A stretch of DNA of 63,963 bases, the filler included, from an uncultured Methanosarcinales archaeon (lineage in GTDB: Archaea > Nanobdellota > Nanobdellia > Woesearchaeales > CAYZNE01): NCBI GenBank assembly GCA_964405295.1. It is 10 parts of 10 records of this genome, joined end to end, with 100 filler letters (N's around TTAATTAATTAA, not from the genome) between each part and the next. Parts side by side here need not be neighbours in the genome. Positions count along the whole stretch, not along the records: positions 15,074 to 22,113 come from CAYONI010000024.1; positions 22,214 to 29,110 come from CAYONI010000025.1; positions 29,211 to 35,969 come from CAYONI010000026.1; 7 more parts are not named here. One strand, written 5' to 3'. Positions 20,138 through 29,853 of the stretch are shown piece after piece (the stretch's first letter is position 1; each line of letters begins with the position of its first letter). The position numbers and the translations under genes were made by a program. The notes under the pieces were generated by a model. The model made no database searches and was not told where the DNA came from. It saw only the letters and a list, made by a program, of their open reading frames with translations.

Positions 20138-21208
20138 ATGCTATTAGATAAATTAAGAAAAATAATTAGCAATGAAAAGTATGATGCGATATTGCTCGCA
20201 GGACTTGAAAATCCAAAAGCAGCTAAGAATCTCTATTATGTAACTAAATATACAGGATCTTATGGGTTTGCTATTGTTGGTAAGAATTACCAATATTTCT
20301 TATCTGATTTTAGATACAGAGATCAAGTGCAAAAAGAGGTTCCAAATTTCACATTTATTGAAATCGATGGACCATTTCTTGATGCTTTGGAACAAGTTAT
20401 TAAAAAAGAAAATATAAAGTCACTCGGTTTTGATAAAAAGATTAGATATTCAGATTTTGAAATGTTTTCAAAATTACCATGTGATCTTGTACCAATGGAT
20501 GATGTAGTAGAAAATTTAAGAGTATCAAAGACAAGTGATGAAATTAAATTATTAAAAAAAGCATGTCAAATTACTGACGAGGCTTTAAAATATACTCTTT
20601 CAATTCTAAAAGTAGGAATGAAGGAAAGAGATGTTGAAATCATTTTAAAGAACAAAATGATTGAACTTGGGGCTGATTCTACATGGGAAAGATTTATTGT
20701 AGCTAGTGGAGTAAGAGGCGCAATGCCTCACGGAATGGCTAGTGATAAAACCATTGAAGATGGGGAGCTTGTCACTTTTGATATAGGTTGCTTTTATAAA
20801 GGATATAGCTCTGACATGACAAGAACAGTTGCGATGGGTGAAGTATCTGATGAATTAAAAAATATCTATAGTATTGTTTTAGAAGCTCAAAAAAGAGGAG
20901 TAAAACAAGCAAAAGCTGGAATGACAGGTAAAGAACTAGATAGCGTTACGAGAGATTATATTACTGAAAAAGGATATGGTGAATATTTTAAACACGGTAC
21001 AGGCCATGGTCTTGGGTTAGATGTTCATGAAGCACCTAGAGTTTCACAAACTTATGATAAAGAGTTAGAATTAGGAGCATGTGTTACGATTGAACCAGGA
21101 ATATATATATCCGGTCTTGGTGGAGTTAGAATTGAAGATGATTTGATTCTAACAGAAGATGGTAGTATCGTCTTAAATGAATTTCCAAAAGAACTTATCA
21201 CAATTTAA
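20138..21208 (+). CDS. Xaa-Pro aminopeptidase (M24B)
   Basis: AMPHG, DIG..YKGYSSDMTRT, HGTGHGLGLDVHE, TIEPGIY, GVRIEDD. Confidence 0.93.
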   Translation: MLLDKLRKIISNEKYDAILLAGLENPKAAKNLYYVTKYTGSYGFAIVGKNYQYFLSDFRYRDQVQKEVPNFTFIEIDGPFLDALEQVIKKENIKSLGFDKKIRYSDFEMFSKLPCDLVPMDDVVENLRVSKTSDEIKLLKKACQITDEALKYTLSILKVGMKERDVEIILKNKMIELGADSTWERFIVASGVRGAMPHGMASDKTIEDGELVTFDIGCFYKGYSSDMTRTVAMGEVSDELKNIYSIVLEAQKRGVKQAKAGMTGKELDSVTRDYITEKGYGEYFKHGTGHGLGLDVHEAPRVSQTYDKELELGACVTIEPGIYISGLGGVRIEDDLILTEDGSIVLNEFPKELITI

Positions 21209-21262
21209 AAAGGCTAATTTTTCAACAGTCTGTATTGTTGATAAGGGTAAAAACAAGAAATA

Positions 21263-21289
21263 AAAAAAGGTCTCTGTTGAGACCTTTTT
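21263..21289. terminator. Bidirectional intrinsic terminator
   Basis: AAAAAAGGTCTC-TGTT-GAGACCTTTTT between convergent genes. Confidence 0.8.
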
Positions 21290-21321
21290 GGTTGTTAATA
21301 GTACAAATATATTTTGTGACA

Positions 21322-22113
21322 CTATTTTAATTGATTAATAGATTCGTAAGATTGTCTCCAAGCAATTTGATAATAGTTTTTAAGAATACTTGGGAATATA
21401 TATATACTAGGTAAAGTAAATAAAATTGCTTGAATAGCAACATGCACCGTTATAGCTTCTTTTATATTTATTAGCAGAATTATCGTTAAAATACTTAATA
21501 CAATAGATATTGCTGAGTAAATATAAATCTGTTTCCTTGGACACTTTGTTGTCTTGAAATATTTATAAAGAACATAACTATTCATCAATACTATAACTGA
21601 AAAAGCACTAATAGAACTTGAATCAAAATTTACTAATAAAATGGCCATTATAAAAAATGTATATGTATTGAACAGATATACTCCATCTGTATCATTTGTT
21701 ATTGCTTTTTTATTTTCTTTATAATTGTTATCCCAATGTTTAGTAATACTTTCCTCTGTTAATGATTTTGATTTTATATAACAAACAATATTTGATGAAA
21801 CTATAATTAAACCTAATGATCCGAATATTATGATGCGCAATAACTCATTTACTAATATTTCATCTGGTAAAATTGTATCAAACAAAAATATTAACATTAC
21901 AACTTGGATGATTTTTAAATAATTAGTTACTGTTCTATATGGTTTAATAGTTGTTATTGCTAAGAATATCAAAGATAGCATACTTACAATCAGCATAAAC
22001 CCGATTATTGCACCAATGATTGTTAACAGTGTTGATTTCTCCCATATTGTTTCTTCCATCAGCACACTTGGTAATACTCCAATTAGACCGAATCCAATAA
22101 AGAAAACCATAGA
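21322..22113 (-). CDS. Polytopic membrane protein, unknown function (probably 5'-partial)
   Basis: About 8 hydrophobic segments; runs to the contig edge. Confidence 0.7.
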   Translation of the reverse strand, partial: SMVFFIGFGLIGVLPSVLMEETIWEKSTLLTIIGAIIGFMLIVSMLSLIFLAITTIKPYRTVTNYLKIIQVVMLIFLFDTILPDEILVNELLRIIIFGSLGLIIVSSNIVCYIKSKSLTEESITKHWDNNYKENKKAITNDTDGVYLFNTYTFFIMAILLVNFDSSSISAFSVIVLMNSYVLYKYFKTTKCPRKQIYIYSAISIVLSILTIILLINIKEAITVHVAIQAILFTLPSIYIFPSILKNYYQIAWRQSYESINQLK

Positions 22114-22213
22114 NNNNNNNNNNNNNNNNNNNNNNNNNNNNNNNNNNNNNNNNNNNNTTAATTAATTAANNNNNNNNNNNNNNNNNNNNNNNNNNNNNNN
22201 NNNNNNNNNNNNN
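22114..22213. other. Artificial contig spacer
   Basis: Same 100-bp linker. Confidence 0.99.
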
Positions 22214-22267
22214 TTAACATCATTAACATCATTAACATCATTAACATCATTAACATCATTAACATCA
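22214..22267. repeat. 9-bp tandem repeat (TTAACATCA)x6 encoding (DVN)n
   Basis: Six exact copies at the contig end; a likely cause of the assembly break. Confidence 0.95.
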
Positions 22268-22935
22268 TTATCCGGACCATATCTATTAAAAAGATCTTCT
22301 GGAGAAACCATTTTATCTTCTTTGACAAGTTCTGTTTGAATTTTAGTTGGAATAATATCCTTAACATTAGAAATCTTTTTCTTACTAGATAACTTCTTCT
22401 TATTATAAGTAATGGGCTGCCCTATGACTTTATCTATATTATCAATTAATTTTTCTCTAACTGAAACATATGTCTTTTCAATATTAATAGGCTCATCAAT
22501 TTTGATGTTCTTTTTCTTAATAAAAAGACTCTTAACAAAAGATGTTTTTAATGCGTGTTTAAGCCCGTTTTCAAATAATGAAAGCTGTTCTTTCTCTTTA
22601 ATTAAAGCTTCAACTAATTCCTTAAAATTATTAATTACCGAATGAAAATCAGGATGCTCAACTTCTACACCAGAATATACTTCTTTATTTATACCTATTA
22701 AGAACCCTATTGATTTATTTTTTGTTTCTTCAGTAATATTTCCTTTATCTATATGAGAAATTAAATCCGCAAATGATAATTCATAATCAATTTCGAAATA
22801 GCTCTTAAAAAATAGTTTAATTAATGAATAAACCTCCTTCTCAAGAATGATTTTCTTCGATAATAGATAACCACATTTCTTAATAACAACCTTCTTAAGT
22901 TCTCTAATTAATAACTCTCCCTCTTTTTTTTTCAT
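22214..22935 (-). CDS. Hypothetical Lys-rich archaeal protein (3'-partial)
   Basis: Open frame with an AGGT-type SD upstream; truncated in the tandem repeat. Confidence 0.65.
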
Positions 22936-23007
22936 TTTACTAACCTTTTACTTATTAAATTATATTATGACAATTTAAAAAGCTTTCTCACCTAATATAT
23001 AACTATT

Positions 23008-26000
23008 TTATTTACTTTCATCATTTAATGATTTATGCTCATCCTCAATATTTGCAAATTCAGCTGGTTTCTTTTTTAACATCCATTTTCTTAAGAATAC
23101 AAGACCCAAAACTATGACCAAAATAATTATTCCTAATACCAATAGGATCGTTCTATTATTAAATAAATCTTTTAAAAAATCCCTACCAAAAACCAGACTA
23201 ACACTTCCAGGCTCTTCTTTTATTGATTGTTTATTGTACTCTTCAATCATATGTTTACAACCATTTATTGCAATATCTAAAAGTTTTGAAGTTTCATCTT
23301 TATCTCCTTCTGCTAAACTATCTTCTGCCTGTCTTAATAATTCCACTAGCTCTTGGCATTCACCATTATTATCGAGTAGGTCCCTTGCAAAAGAAAGTTT
23401 TGTTTCAAGAGTTTCACCTTCATTTTTCTCCTCTAATGAATTAATTATTATGAGTGCACTATCCATAAATGAAGGGTCAGAAACATTTGCGTGTATTTCT
23501 AATTCATAACTTCCAGGATCCCTATAATTAATCAATGTTAAGTTAACAAATTCACTTTCTCCTACATAAATAAAATCAACAAAAGTGGAGCTTAATGAAT
23601 ACTCAACATCTCCTTCTTCAGTTTTAATACCCAATGAAACCCCATTCAACGGCCCAGTCCAATTATTCTTTAATTCAATTGGAATAATAATTGTTTGATT
23701 CTGATACATAACAACGCTTTTCGCACTAATAATCTCCAGAGGGAAAGGATCATTATCCCCCTCCAAAGGAAGACTAACTGGGTGCCTAGTTGTTCCTCCA
23801 GCAGGCTCGGTAGGACCTTGATATTTAGCAGTAACATTAACGAACACTTCATTACTATTGACGACACCACCGAAAACATCTTCTGCAGTGAAAACCATAG
23901 AACAATAGCCTTCAGTTAAACCTTTTAGATCAAGAGTATCACCTGTAATAGTAATATTTAGATAAGCATTACAACCAGAGGTATACTCATAAGTTAGATT
24001 TGAAGTTTCATCATCACCTAGCAACCAGTCTTCATTAATATCAAAATCAGGATCATAAAATCTTTGTAACCCTGAACTGAAACTTGGAAGTGTAAAATAA
24101 TCAGGTACCATTATTGAACCATCAACAGAACGGTTTCCAGTAAAATTTGGAAGTGAATTATTTAAAATAGGAAGACGATTAACATTTGTAATATTTAAGT
24201 CCCAAGTCCAATTAACTTCATTAAAAGTATCATCTACTACTTGCAATAATACTTCGTAAGAATCACTACTAAAAAAGTTAAAAGTATAATTAAGAGTATG
24301 ATTACCATCAATTAAACTGGAATCATTTATTAGCTCTCCATTAACAGTCCAATTATAATTTAGTGTTGAATCACTATCTACAGTTGTATGATTAAATATT
24401 ATCGATACATTTTCGTTTTCTACCATCATTGTTGTTCCGCCTGAAGACTGATTTGTGTTATTCCAAGCATAAATGATTTGATAATTATCACTCTCATTAC
24501 CATAAGGGTATATGCTCTCTATTTCTGGAGAACTACTTCTCAGATATATTGTAAAATTAGTATCATAGGTATCATTAACACCTAAAGAATCTGTAAGAGT
24601 GATTGTTATATTATAAGTTTTATTTGCACAATCTGCAACAAAAGTATCAATAGTTACTTCTCCTGTTAACGAATTTATTGAGAATATATCGGGGATTGTA
24701 GGAGTTATGTTAAAACTATAGGTTAAAACTTCTGTTGAACCAATTACATAAAGGTCGTCGTCATCACCAGTTACAACAACACTTGACGAATATGGTATTT
24801 GATAAAATATTCCTTCACTAGAAGCATTAGGGAAAACTATTGGCTTAGTCAATTCAGGATTGTTGTTAGTATTATTTATTGAAAAAATAAATGAATCATA
24901 AATAACAGCCCCTCTTTGGTCTTGAAGGCTTAAGTTTATTGAATAATTACCAACATCTAATTGATTGGGTATAAAATTAATTATTCCGGTTGCTTGAGTT
25001 ATATCAAAAGTAAAAGAAGAGTTTCCAAAACCATTAATTAAACTGACTGATTCTATTGAATAATTAACAAAGTCACCTCCGTCATCATCAGTTCCAGTAA
25101 CATTAAAAGAACAAGCAACATCCTCAGAACAATTAATATTGTCTAAACCATAAACAAAATATGGCACAGTATTATTAAGAACAGTTAATTCTAATACTTT
25201 AAATGCTGATAAAGGTGTTCCTGCTTGGAAATTACTGGTCCCATCATCAGTTAGGGTAATATTAAATAAATAAGTATTATCAACTAACGTATCATTAGTA
25301 CTATGAAAACCAAAGATTCCATCAGTTGAAAGATTAAAATAATCTCCAGAATAATTCATTGTATAGGTTATGTTCTCACCCTCATAAGTAAAATTGTCAA
25401 CATCACTACCGTTAATTACATACACAAAATTTGTATAAAGATAAGCATTAAGATTTGAAATGTTTTGAGAAGTACTAAAGGTATTATTTTGATGGCTACT
25501 ATTATCACTAATTACAGGATAATCATTAGTATTATTAAAAACTGCATTTATAGTTGTGGAATCAGTTGAACCAAACTGATCTTCTACATAAACAATAAAA
25601 TCTCTTTGAACAATATGTGTATTATTGAGTGCAATTATATTAATAGTTGCATTATAATGGCCAACATCATTAATAGTATAATTAATAAAATTTGAAAAGT
25701 TATCTGTAAAAACAGATTGATTTGAAGAAAAGCTCAGATTCTCTCCAACACCAACATCAATATCTGTCGCATGAAATTCTAAAATAAAAGGCTGACCTTG
25801 CACACCATTTATTTGCTGTGTTATTTGAGTTATATTCGGAGCGTGATTTGTGCTATTAATTGTTAAATTATAAACAAAAGTAGTATTAACAGTATTATTG
25901 GTTGAATCTACTGCAGTAATATTTATTGAATAATTACCAAAATCTGCAGGTGCAGCACTACCATCTGATGTATTAAAATATATTTCTTTTGTAGTTTCAT

Positions 26001-26934
26001 TAATTTCAATATAACTTAAACTTCCAGGGCTATCACGATTATTATTAACAACTGAAAGAGTATATGCATCTTCTTCTTCATCAGTAACTGTAAACGCTTC
26101 TGTATAATTTGTATCTGTATTTATATCTACAACAGATTCATTAAGCGTAATAATCGGTGCGTCATTTACAGGTATTAAAGTGAAATCTATAAGTTTATTA
26201 GGAAGCCCCCCCTCATCATTATCAGTTGCTTGAAACTGTGTATCATTTTGGTATTTTGTTGTTTCACTTCCATCAACTTCAGGATCTAAAATAGCATGAT
26301 CAACAAGACAAGTTATTGCCCCTGTATAAGATGCAACAGAACAAATATTTAATAGATTAGTTTCATCTTCAAGTGAATAAATAAGTGTATCATTATCTGC
26401 ATCTGTTGCATTAATTATTAAATCATATTGTATATCTTCATACATAGTAAACGATGAACCAACTTCTCCAACACCATAGTAAATTTTAAGATTAATAGGT
26501 GGAGAATTTTGAACTTCTACACTTACTTCATCAGTAACATTATCTGTTGTATTAAATAAAGTAACATTGCAAGTCCAAGTTTCACCCTTTCTAGTAACAG
26601 AAGAAGATATGGTTTGAGGGCTAGGAAATTCTCCTACAGTTCCTTCAAGTGTTATGTAAAGAACACTGCCATTCAACCATACAATGGTTACATTTATTGC
26701 ATCATCATAATCCCAACTACAATTTAAATCATCGTCAGTATAAACAGAACCCATTGCAGGGTCACCACCATTAAAAGATACTAATCCAGTTAATCTTGAT
26801 AAAGAAAATTCTTCAGGGCCATAACTCACTATTAGGAATGCAAATAATATAAAAAGAGCTACAAAAGATCCTTGTCTTAATAACTCTTCGAGCTTTTTCT
26901 TTTTCTCTTTTTTACTCTTTGGGTCTTTATTCAT
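23008..26934 (-). CDS. Large cell-surface protein with cadherin/Ig-like repeats and C-terminal TM anchor (DPANN-type)
   Basis: N-terminal TM plus LTGLV motif; repeated V/T-N-x-x-P...A-x-D-x-D units; many N-x-T/S sequons; C-terminal TM helix. Confidence 0.8.
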   Translation of the reverse strand: MNKDPKSKKEKKKKLEELLRQGSFVALFILFAFLIVSYGPEEFSLSRLTGLVSFNGGDPAMGSVYTDDDLNCSWDYDDAINVTIVWLNGSVLYITLEGTVGEFPSPQTISSSVTRKGETWTCNVTLFNTTDNVTDEVSVEVQNSPPINLKIYYGVGEVGSSFTMYEDIQYDLIINATDADNDTLIYSLEDETNLLNICSVASYTGAITCLVDHAILDPEVDGSETTKYQNDTQFQATDNDEGGLPNKLIDFTLIPVNDAPIITLNESVVDINTDTNYTEAFTVTDEEEDAYTLSVVNNNRDSPGSLSYIEINETTKEIYFNTSDGSAAPADFGNYSINITAVDSTNNTVNTTFVYNLTINSTNHAPNITQITQQINGVQGQPFILEFHATDIDVGVGENLSFSSNQSVFTDNFSNFINYTINDVGHYNATINIIALNNTHIVQRDFIVYVEDQFGSTDSTTINAVFNNTNDYPVISDNSSHQNNTFSTSQNISNLNAYLYTNFVYVINGSDVDNFTYEGENITYTMNYSGDYFNLSTDGIFGFHSTNDTLVDNTYLFNITLTDDGTSNFQAGTPLSAFKVLELTVLNNTVPYFVYGLDNINCSEDVACSFNVTGTDDDGGDFVNYSIESVSLINGFGNSSFTFDITQATGIINFIPNQLDVGNYSINLSLQDQRGAVIYDSFIFSINNTNNNPELTKPIVFPNASSEGIFYQIPYSSSVVVTGDDDDLYVIGSTEVLTYSFNITPTIPDIFSINSLTGEVTIDTFVADCANKTYNITITLTDSLGVNDTYDTNFTIYLRSSSPEIESIYPYGNESDNYQIIYAWNNTNQSSGGTTMMVENENVSIIFNHTTVDSDSTLNYNWTVNGELINDSSLIDGNHTLNYTFNFFSSDSYEVLLQVVDDTFNEVNWTWDLNITNVNRLPILNNSLPNFTGNRSVDGSIMVPDYFTLPSFSSGLQRFYDPDFDINEDWLLGDDETSNLTYEYTSGCNAYLNITITGDTLDLKGLTEGYCSMVFTAEDVFGGVVNSNEVFVNVTAKYQGPTEPAGGTTRHPVSLPLEGDNDPFPLEIISAKSVVMYQNQTIIIPIELKNNWTGPLNGVSLGIKTEEGDVEYSLSSTFVDFIYVGESEFVNLTLINYRDPGSYELEIHANVSDPSFMDSALIIINSLEEKNEGETLETKLSFARDLLDNNGECQELVELLRQAEDSLAEGDKDETSKLLDIAINGCKHMIEEYNKQSIKEEPGSVSLVFGRDFLKDLFNNRTILLVLGIIILVIVLGLVFLRKWMLKKKPAEFANIEDEHKSLNDESK

Positions 26935-27092
26935 TACTTTCTACTCCGAGATTTATGTCCTTTACTATCTGATTTAAGATTCTTAGTTAATGAAGAAATA
27001 ACAAAGTCTTTTATGGTAATATTATTCATTGCACAATAAACTTTTATTTTTTTATGCAATTCATCAGGAATTTCTATATTTATATTGACCAT
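26934..27092 (-). CDS. Ribbon-helix-helix DNA-binding protein (52 aa; not in ORF track)
   Basis: MVNINIEIPDELHKKIKVYCAMNNITIKDFVISSL...; its TAA overlaps the ATG of the surface-protein gene. Confidence 0.8.
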   Translation of the reverse strand: MVNINIEIPDELHKKIKVYCAMNNITIKDFVISSLTKNLKSDSKGHKSRSRK

Positions 27093-27125
27093 GTTTGTTT
27101 TATCTCATATATTAATATCTGGTTA

Positions 27126-27248
27126 TTATTTGATTTCCTTGGATAGAACTTTAGTAATATATTCTTTAATTGTAAAATTATCTATTGCACACTTAACTTT
27201 CATTTGTTTATGCAATTCATTTGAAATAGCAATATTTACATTTACCAT
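27126..27248 (-). CDS. Ribbon-helix-helix DNA-binding protein (40 aa; not in ORF track)
   Basis: MVNVNIAISNELHKQMKVKCAIDNFTIKEYITKVLSKEIK; AGGTG SD; clear paralogue of the neighbouring gene. Confidence 0.8.
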   Translation of the reverse strand: MVNVNIAISNELHKQMKVKCAIDNFTIKEYITKVLSKEIK

Positions 27249-27539
27249 TTTACACCTACTCCCCTTATAACAAATTATTACACTTACCATTTAATAAGTT
27301 AACTATGTGGAGCTTTAATCTACTAACTTATCTTACTTAACTTACTTTACTAAGTTAGTTAAATTGATTTATTTAGTTTATTTATATTACTTAGATAACT
27401 TATTTATAAAGATTGTGGTAAAAAAGAATATAGCAAAAGCTAGTTTTAGAAAAATACATAGAAAAAATGCTCAATAACAAAAGCTATTGAGATAAAATAA
27501 AAAAAAATGAATCATGCATAAAAAAATTAGACTAAAAAA

Positions 27540-29110
27540 AGATTAAAGCGAACTTATTAGTAACTGCACGCTGAATACCTCGCCGAAGCTTGGTACTTAC
27601 ACGCCAGTCCTATCAAACCCATCTTCTATAGGCGTTCTCATGTCTCTTTTCTAGGTGGGTTTCGTGCTTAGATGCTTTCAGCACTTATCCCTTAAAGCGT
27701 AGCTGCTCAGCTTACCTTATCAGATAACTGATACACCAGAGGCTTCGAACCATCGTTCCTCTCGTACTAAATGGTCCTTCCCATCAGACACTGAACATTC
27801 CCAGTAGATATTAAACAAACTGCCTCACAGCGTTCTGAACCCAGCTCACGATCCCTTTTAATGGGTGAACACCCCCACCCTTGGATGCTTCTGCACATCC
27901 AGGATAGGAAGAGCCGACAGCGATGTAGCAAGCCGCGCCGTCGATATGAGCTCTCGGGCGCGACAACTCTGTTATCCCCGGAGTAACTTTTCGGTCAATG
28001 CTAGCCCCCATCAAGGAGAACTAACAGATCGCTAGACCAGTATTTCTACTTTGGATTTCCACTTATTAGAAACCCAATCAGGCCGACTTTTGCTCTTGCA
28101 CTCTACGGTGGATTTCTGACCCACCTGAGCAGACCTTTGGGCCCCACTGATATCATTTCAGTGGGGTGCCACCCCAGCCAAACTGTCCACCAATTGATGT
28201 CTTTGCATTGCAAATAAGTATCACAGAATTTGAAGAGTGGTGTTACATTGGCGTCTATATTCAAGCTGGCGCCTAAATCATAACAACTCCCACTTACACT
28301 ATACAACAAATCCCGTAACACAACAACAGGCTACAGTAAAGTTTCACGGGGTCTTCACTTCCCACTGGGAATCTCTGGCCTTTGCACCAGAATAGAAAGT
28401 TCGGAGGGTTCTAGTTAGGGACAGCGATGATCTCGTTACGCCATTCATGCAGGCCGTCATTCAAACGGCAAGGCATTTCGCTACCTTAAGAGAGTTATAG
28501 TTACCCCCGCCGTTTATCAGCCCTTCACCCCCTTGAAAGAAGGCTTAAGGTACTGACACTGGGCAGACGTCACCAACTATACACAGCTTTACAGCCTAGC
28601 AGTTGGTTATGTTTTTGTTAAACAGTCGGACCATCCTTGTAATTTCACCCTACAATCGCACCCATGCGGATACAAAAGTAGGGACCCCTTATACCGAAGG
28701 TACGGGGCCAATTTGCCGAATTCCCTTGACTAGATTATCCCTACACACCTTAGGCTTCTCACCTAGGGGCACCTGTGCCGGTTCTGGGTATGAACATTCA
28801 GAATCTATATCAATTCCTTTTTCACGGACTCAAGGCATTAGCAGAATGTACAAATGCACACTGTTCTAAGGTTTAAACAAATTCTCATCATAACAATACT
28901 CCTTTGTTTTATCCTTATTAGCATATTCGATAGAATATGTCTGCCTAGCCCAAAGTGTCAGAAATTGATCTTGCGTTGCCGCACATATCTAAATGGTACA
29001 GGAATATTAACCTGTTTCCCTTTCCCCTCACTCCAATTAGGAGCTGGGTTAGGATCAACTAACCCTCAACTGATTTGCATTGTTGAGGAACCCTTGCCCT
29101 TACGGTGATA
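27540..29110 (-). rRNA. rrl: Archaeal 23S rRNA, 3' part (5'-truncated; 3' end approximate)
   Basis: Minus strand has GGTAACTATAACTCTCTTAAGGTAGCGAAAT, GAAGACCCCGTG, GGGGATAACAGAG, sarcin-ricin loop AGTACGAGAGGAAC; archaeal-type GCTTGCTAC and G2058. Confidence 0.97.
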
Positions 29111-29210
29111 NNNNNNNNNNNNNNNNNNNNNNNNNNNNNNNNNNNNNNNNNNNNTTAATTAATTAANNNNNNNNNNNNNNNNNNNNNNNNNNNNNNNNNN
29201 NNNNNNNNNN
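29111..29210. other. Artificial contig spacer
   Basis: Same 100-bp linker. Confidence 0.99.
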
Positions 29211-29250
29211 CCCTGTCGACCATCACCTCCGTTTAAAAAAGTGATTGGTT

Positions 29251-29314
29251 GATTAGCTGTCTCATCGGCACCGGGAGCTAATCCCCGAATGGACACCCGA
29301 AAGGGCGTTTCGAC
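29251..29314 (-). ncRNA. Type II hammerhead ribozyme with pseudoknot (core variant CCGAUGA)
   Basis: Minus strand: GUC-GAAA-CGCCC-UUUC-GGGUG-UC|-CAUUCGGGGAUUAGCUCCCGGUG-CCGAUGA-GAC-AGCUAAUC. Stems I, II and III form, and the 3' tail AGCUAAUC is complementary to GAUUAGCU at loop I. Confidence 0.8.
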
Positions 29315-29513
29315 TGTGTCCGGTGTATGTGGCGGATCTTGGCCCCCGGTCGGGCTCCCCTCTCACATTCGATTCTGTTCTCACGGCTGTCAGAGTTTCC
29401 CTTAATTGTGCGGTCCCCCCTGCTCGGATCGAATCCCCTGCTATTTGCTGAGGCTGAAATTGTTGGTCTGTCGCATCCACCATCCCCTTGACTCGTCCCT
29501 CAATTTCAACTCC

Positions 29514-29542
29514 ATTATATCATACCAATGGGGGTCTGTCAA
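29514..29542 (-). promoter_or_regulatory. Consensus sigma70 promoter driving the ribozyme-containing leader
   Basis: TTGACA-17 nt-TATAAT with extended -10 TG. Confidence 0.88.
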
Positions 29543-29661
29543 GTATTTTGTTTATAGTACACCAATTGGTACTATGTTTTGTAGTACAATACTATGCTTG
29601 CAAAATACCGTTGGTTAAACACTAATAATTTGTTCTACAATTCTACGGGTTGAACACTGGA

Positions 29662-29731
29662 AATGGCCTTGAGATATCTCAAGGCCATTCAGATATATTT
29701 GACGTACGGTCGGATATATTTGACGTACGGT
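29662..29731. repeat. 28-bp perfect palindrome plus two 19-bp direct repeats
   Basis: AATGGCCTTGAGATATCTCAAGGCCATT (29662-29689); GATATATTTGACGTACGGT at 29692-29710 and 29713-29731. Confidence 0.92.
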
Positions 29732-29853
29732 TGACATACAGTCGGCCCGAGTGGGTTAACCTGCCACTGAGTGGTATTTCACCAGTTCATTTGGTTACTC
29801 CAACACATCCTGTCGGGAACTGATCATCTGTCACTAAGTGGTATTTTGTGGTT

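Noticed and set aside
16079..21208. tldD/pmbA plus peptidase as a RiPP cluster
   Set aside because: No precursor peptide, YcaO or other modifying enzyme is visible; consistent with housekeeping proteolysis.
22214..22267. Possible CRISPR array
   Set aside because: Contiguous 9-bp units without spacers, inside a coding frame. I saw no CRISPR array anywhere in the window.
27250..27540. 5S rRNA or tRNA after the 23S 3' end
   Set aside because: Only AT-rich sequence is present; no 5S or cloverleaf is recognisable.
27811..29108. ORFs of 67-88 aa in the ORF track
   Set aside because: They lie within the 23S rRNA gene.
29405..29445. tRNA-like TTCGATC...ACCGCA on the minus strand
   Set aside because: T-stem and acceptor stem do not pair.
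29262..29483. 73-aa ORF in the phage leader
   Set aside because: No recognisable motif and it runs through the ribozyme; treated as probably non-coding, though not excluded.
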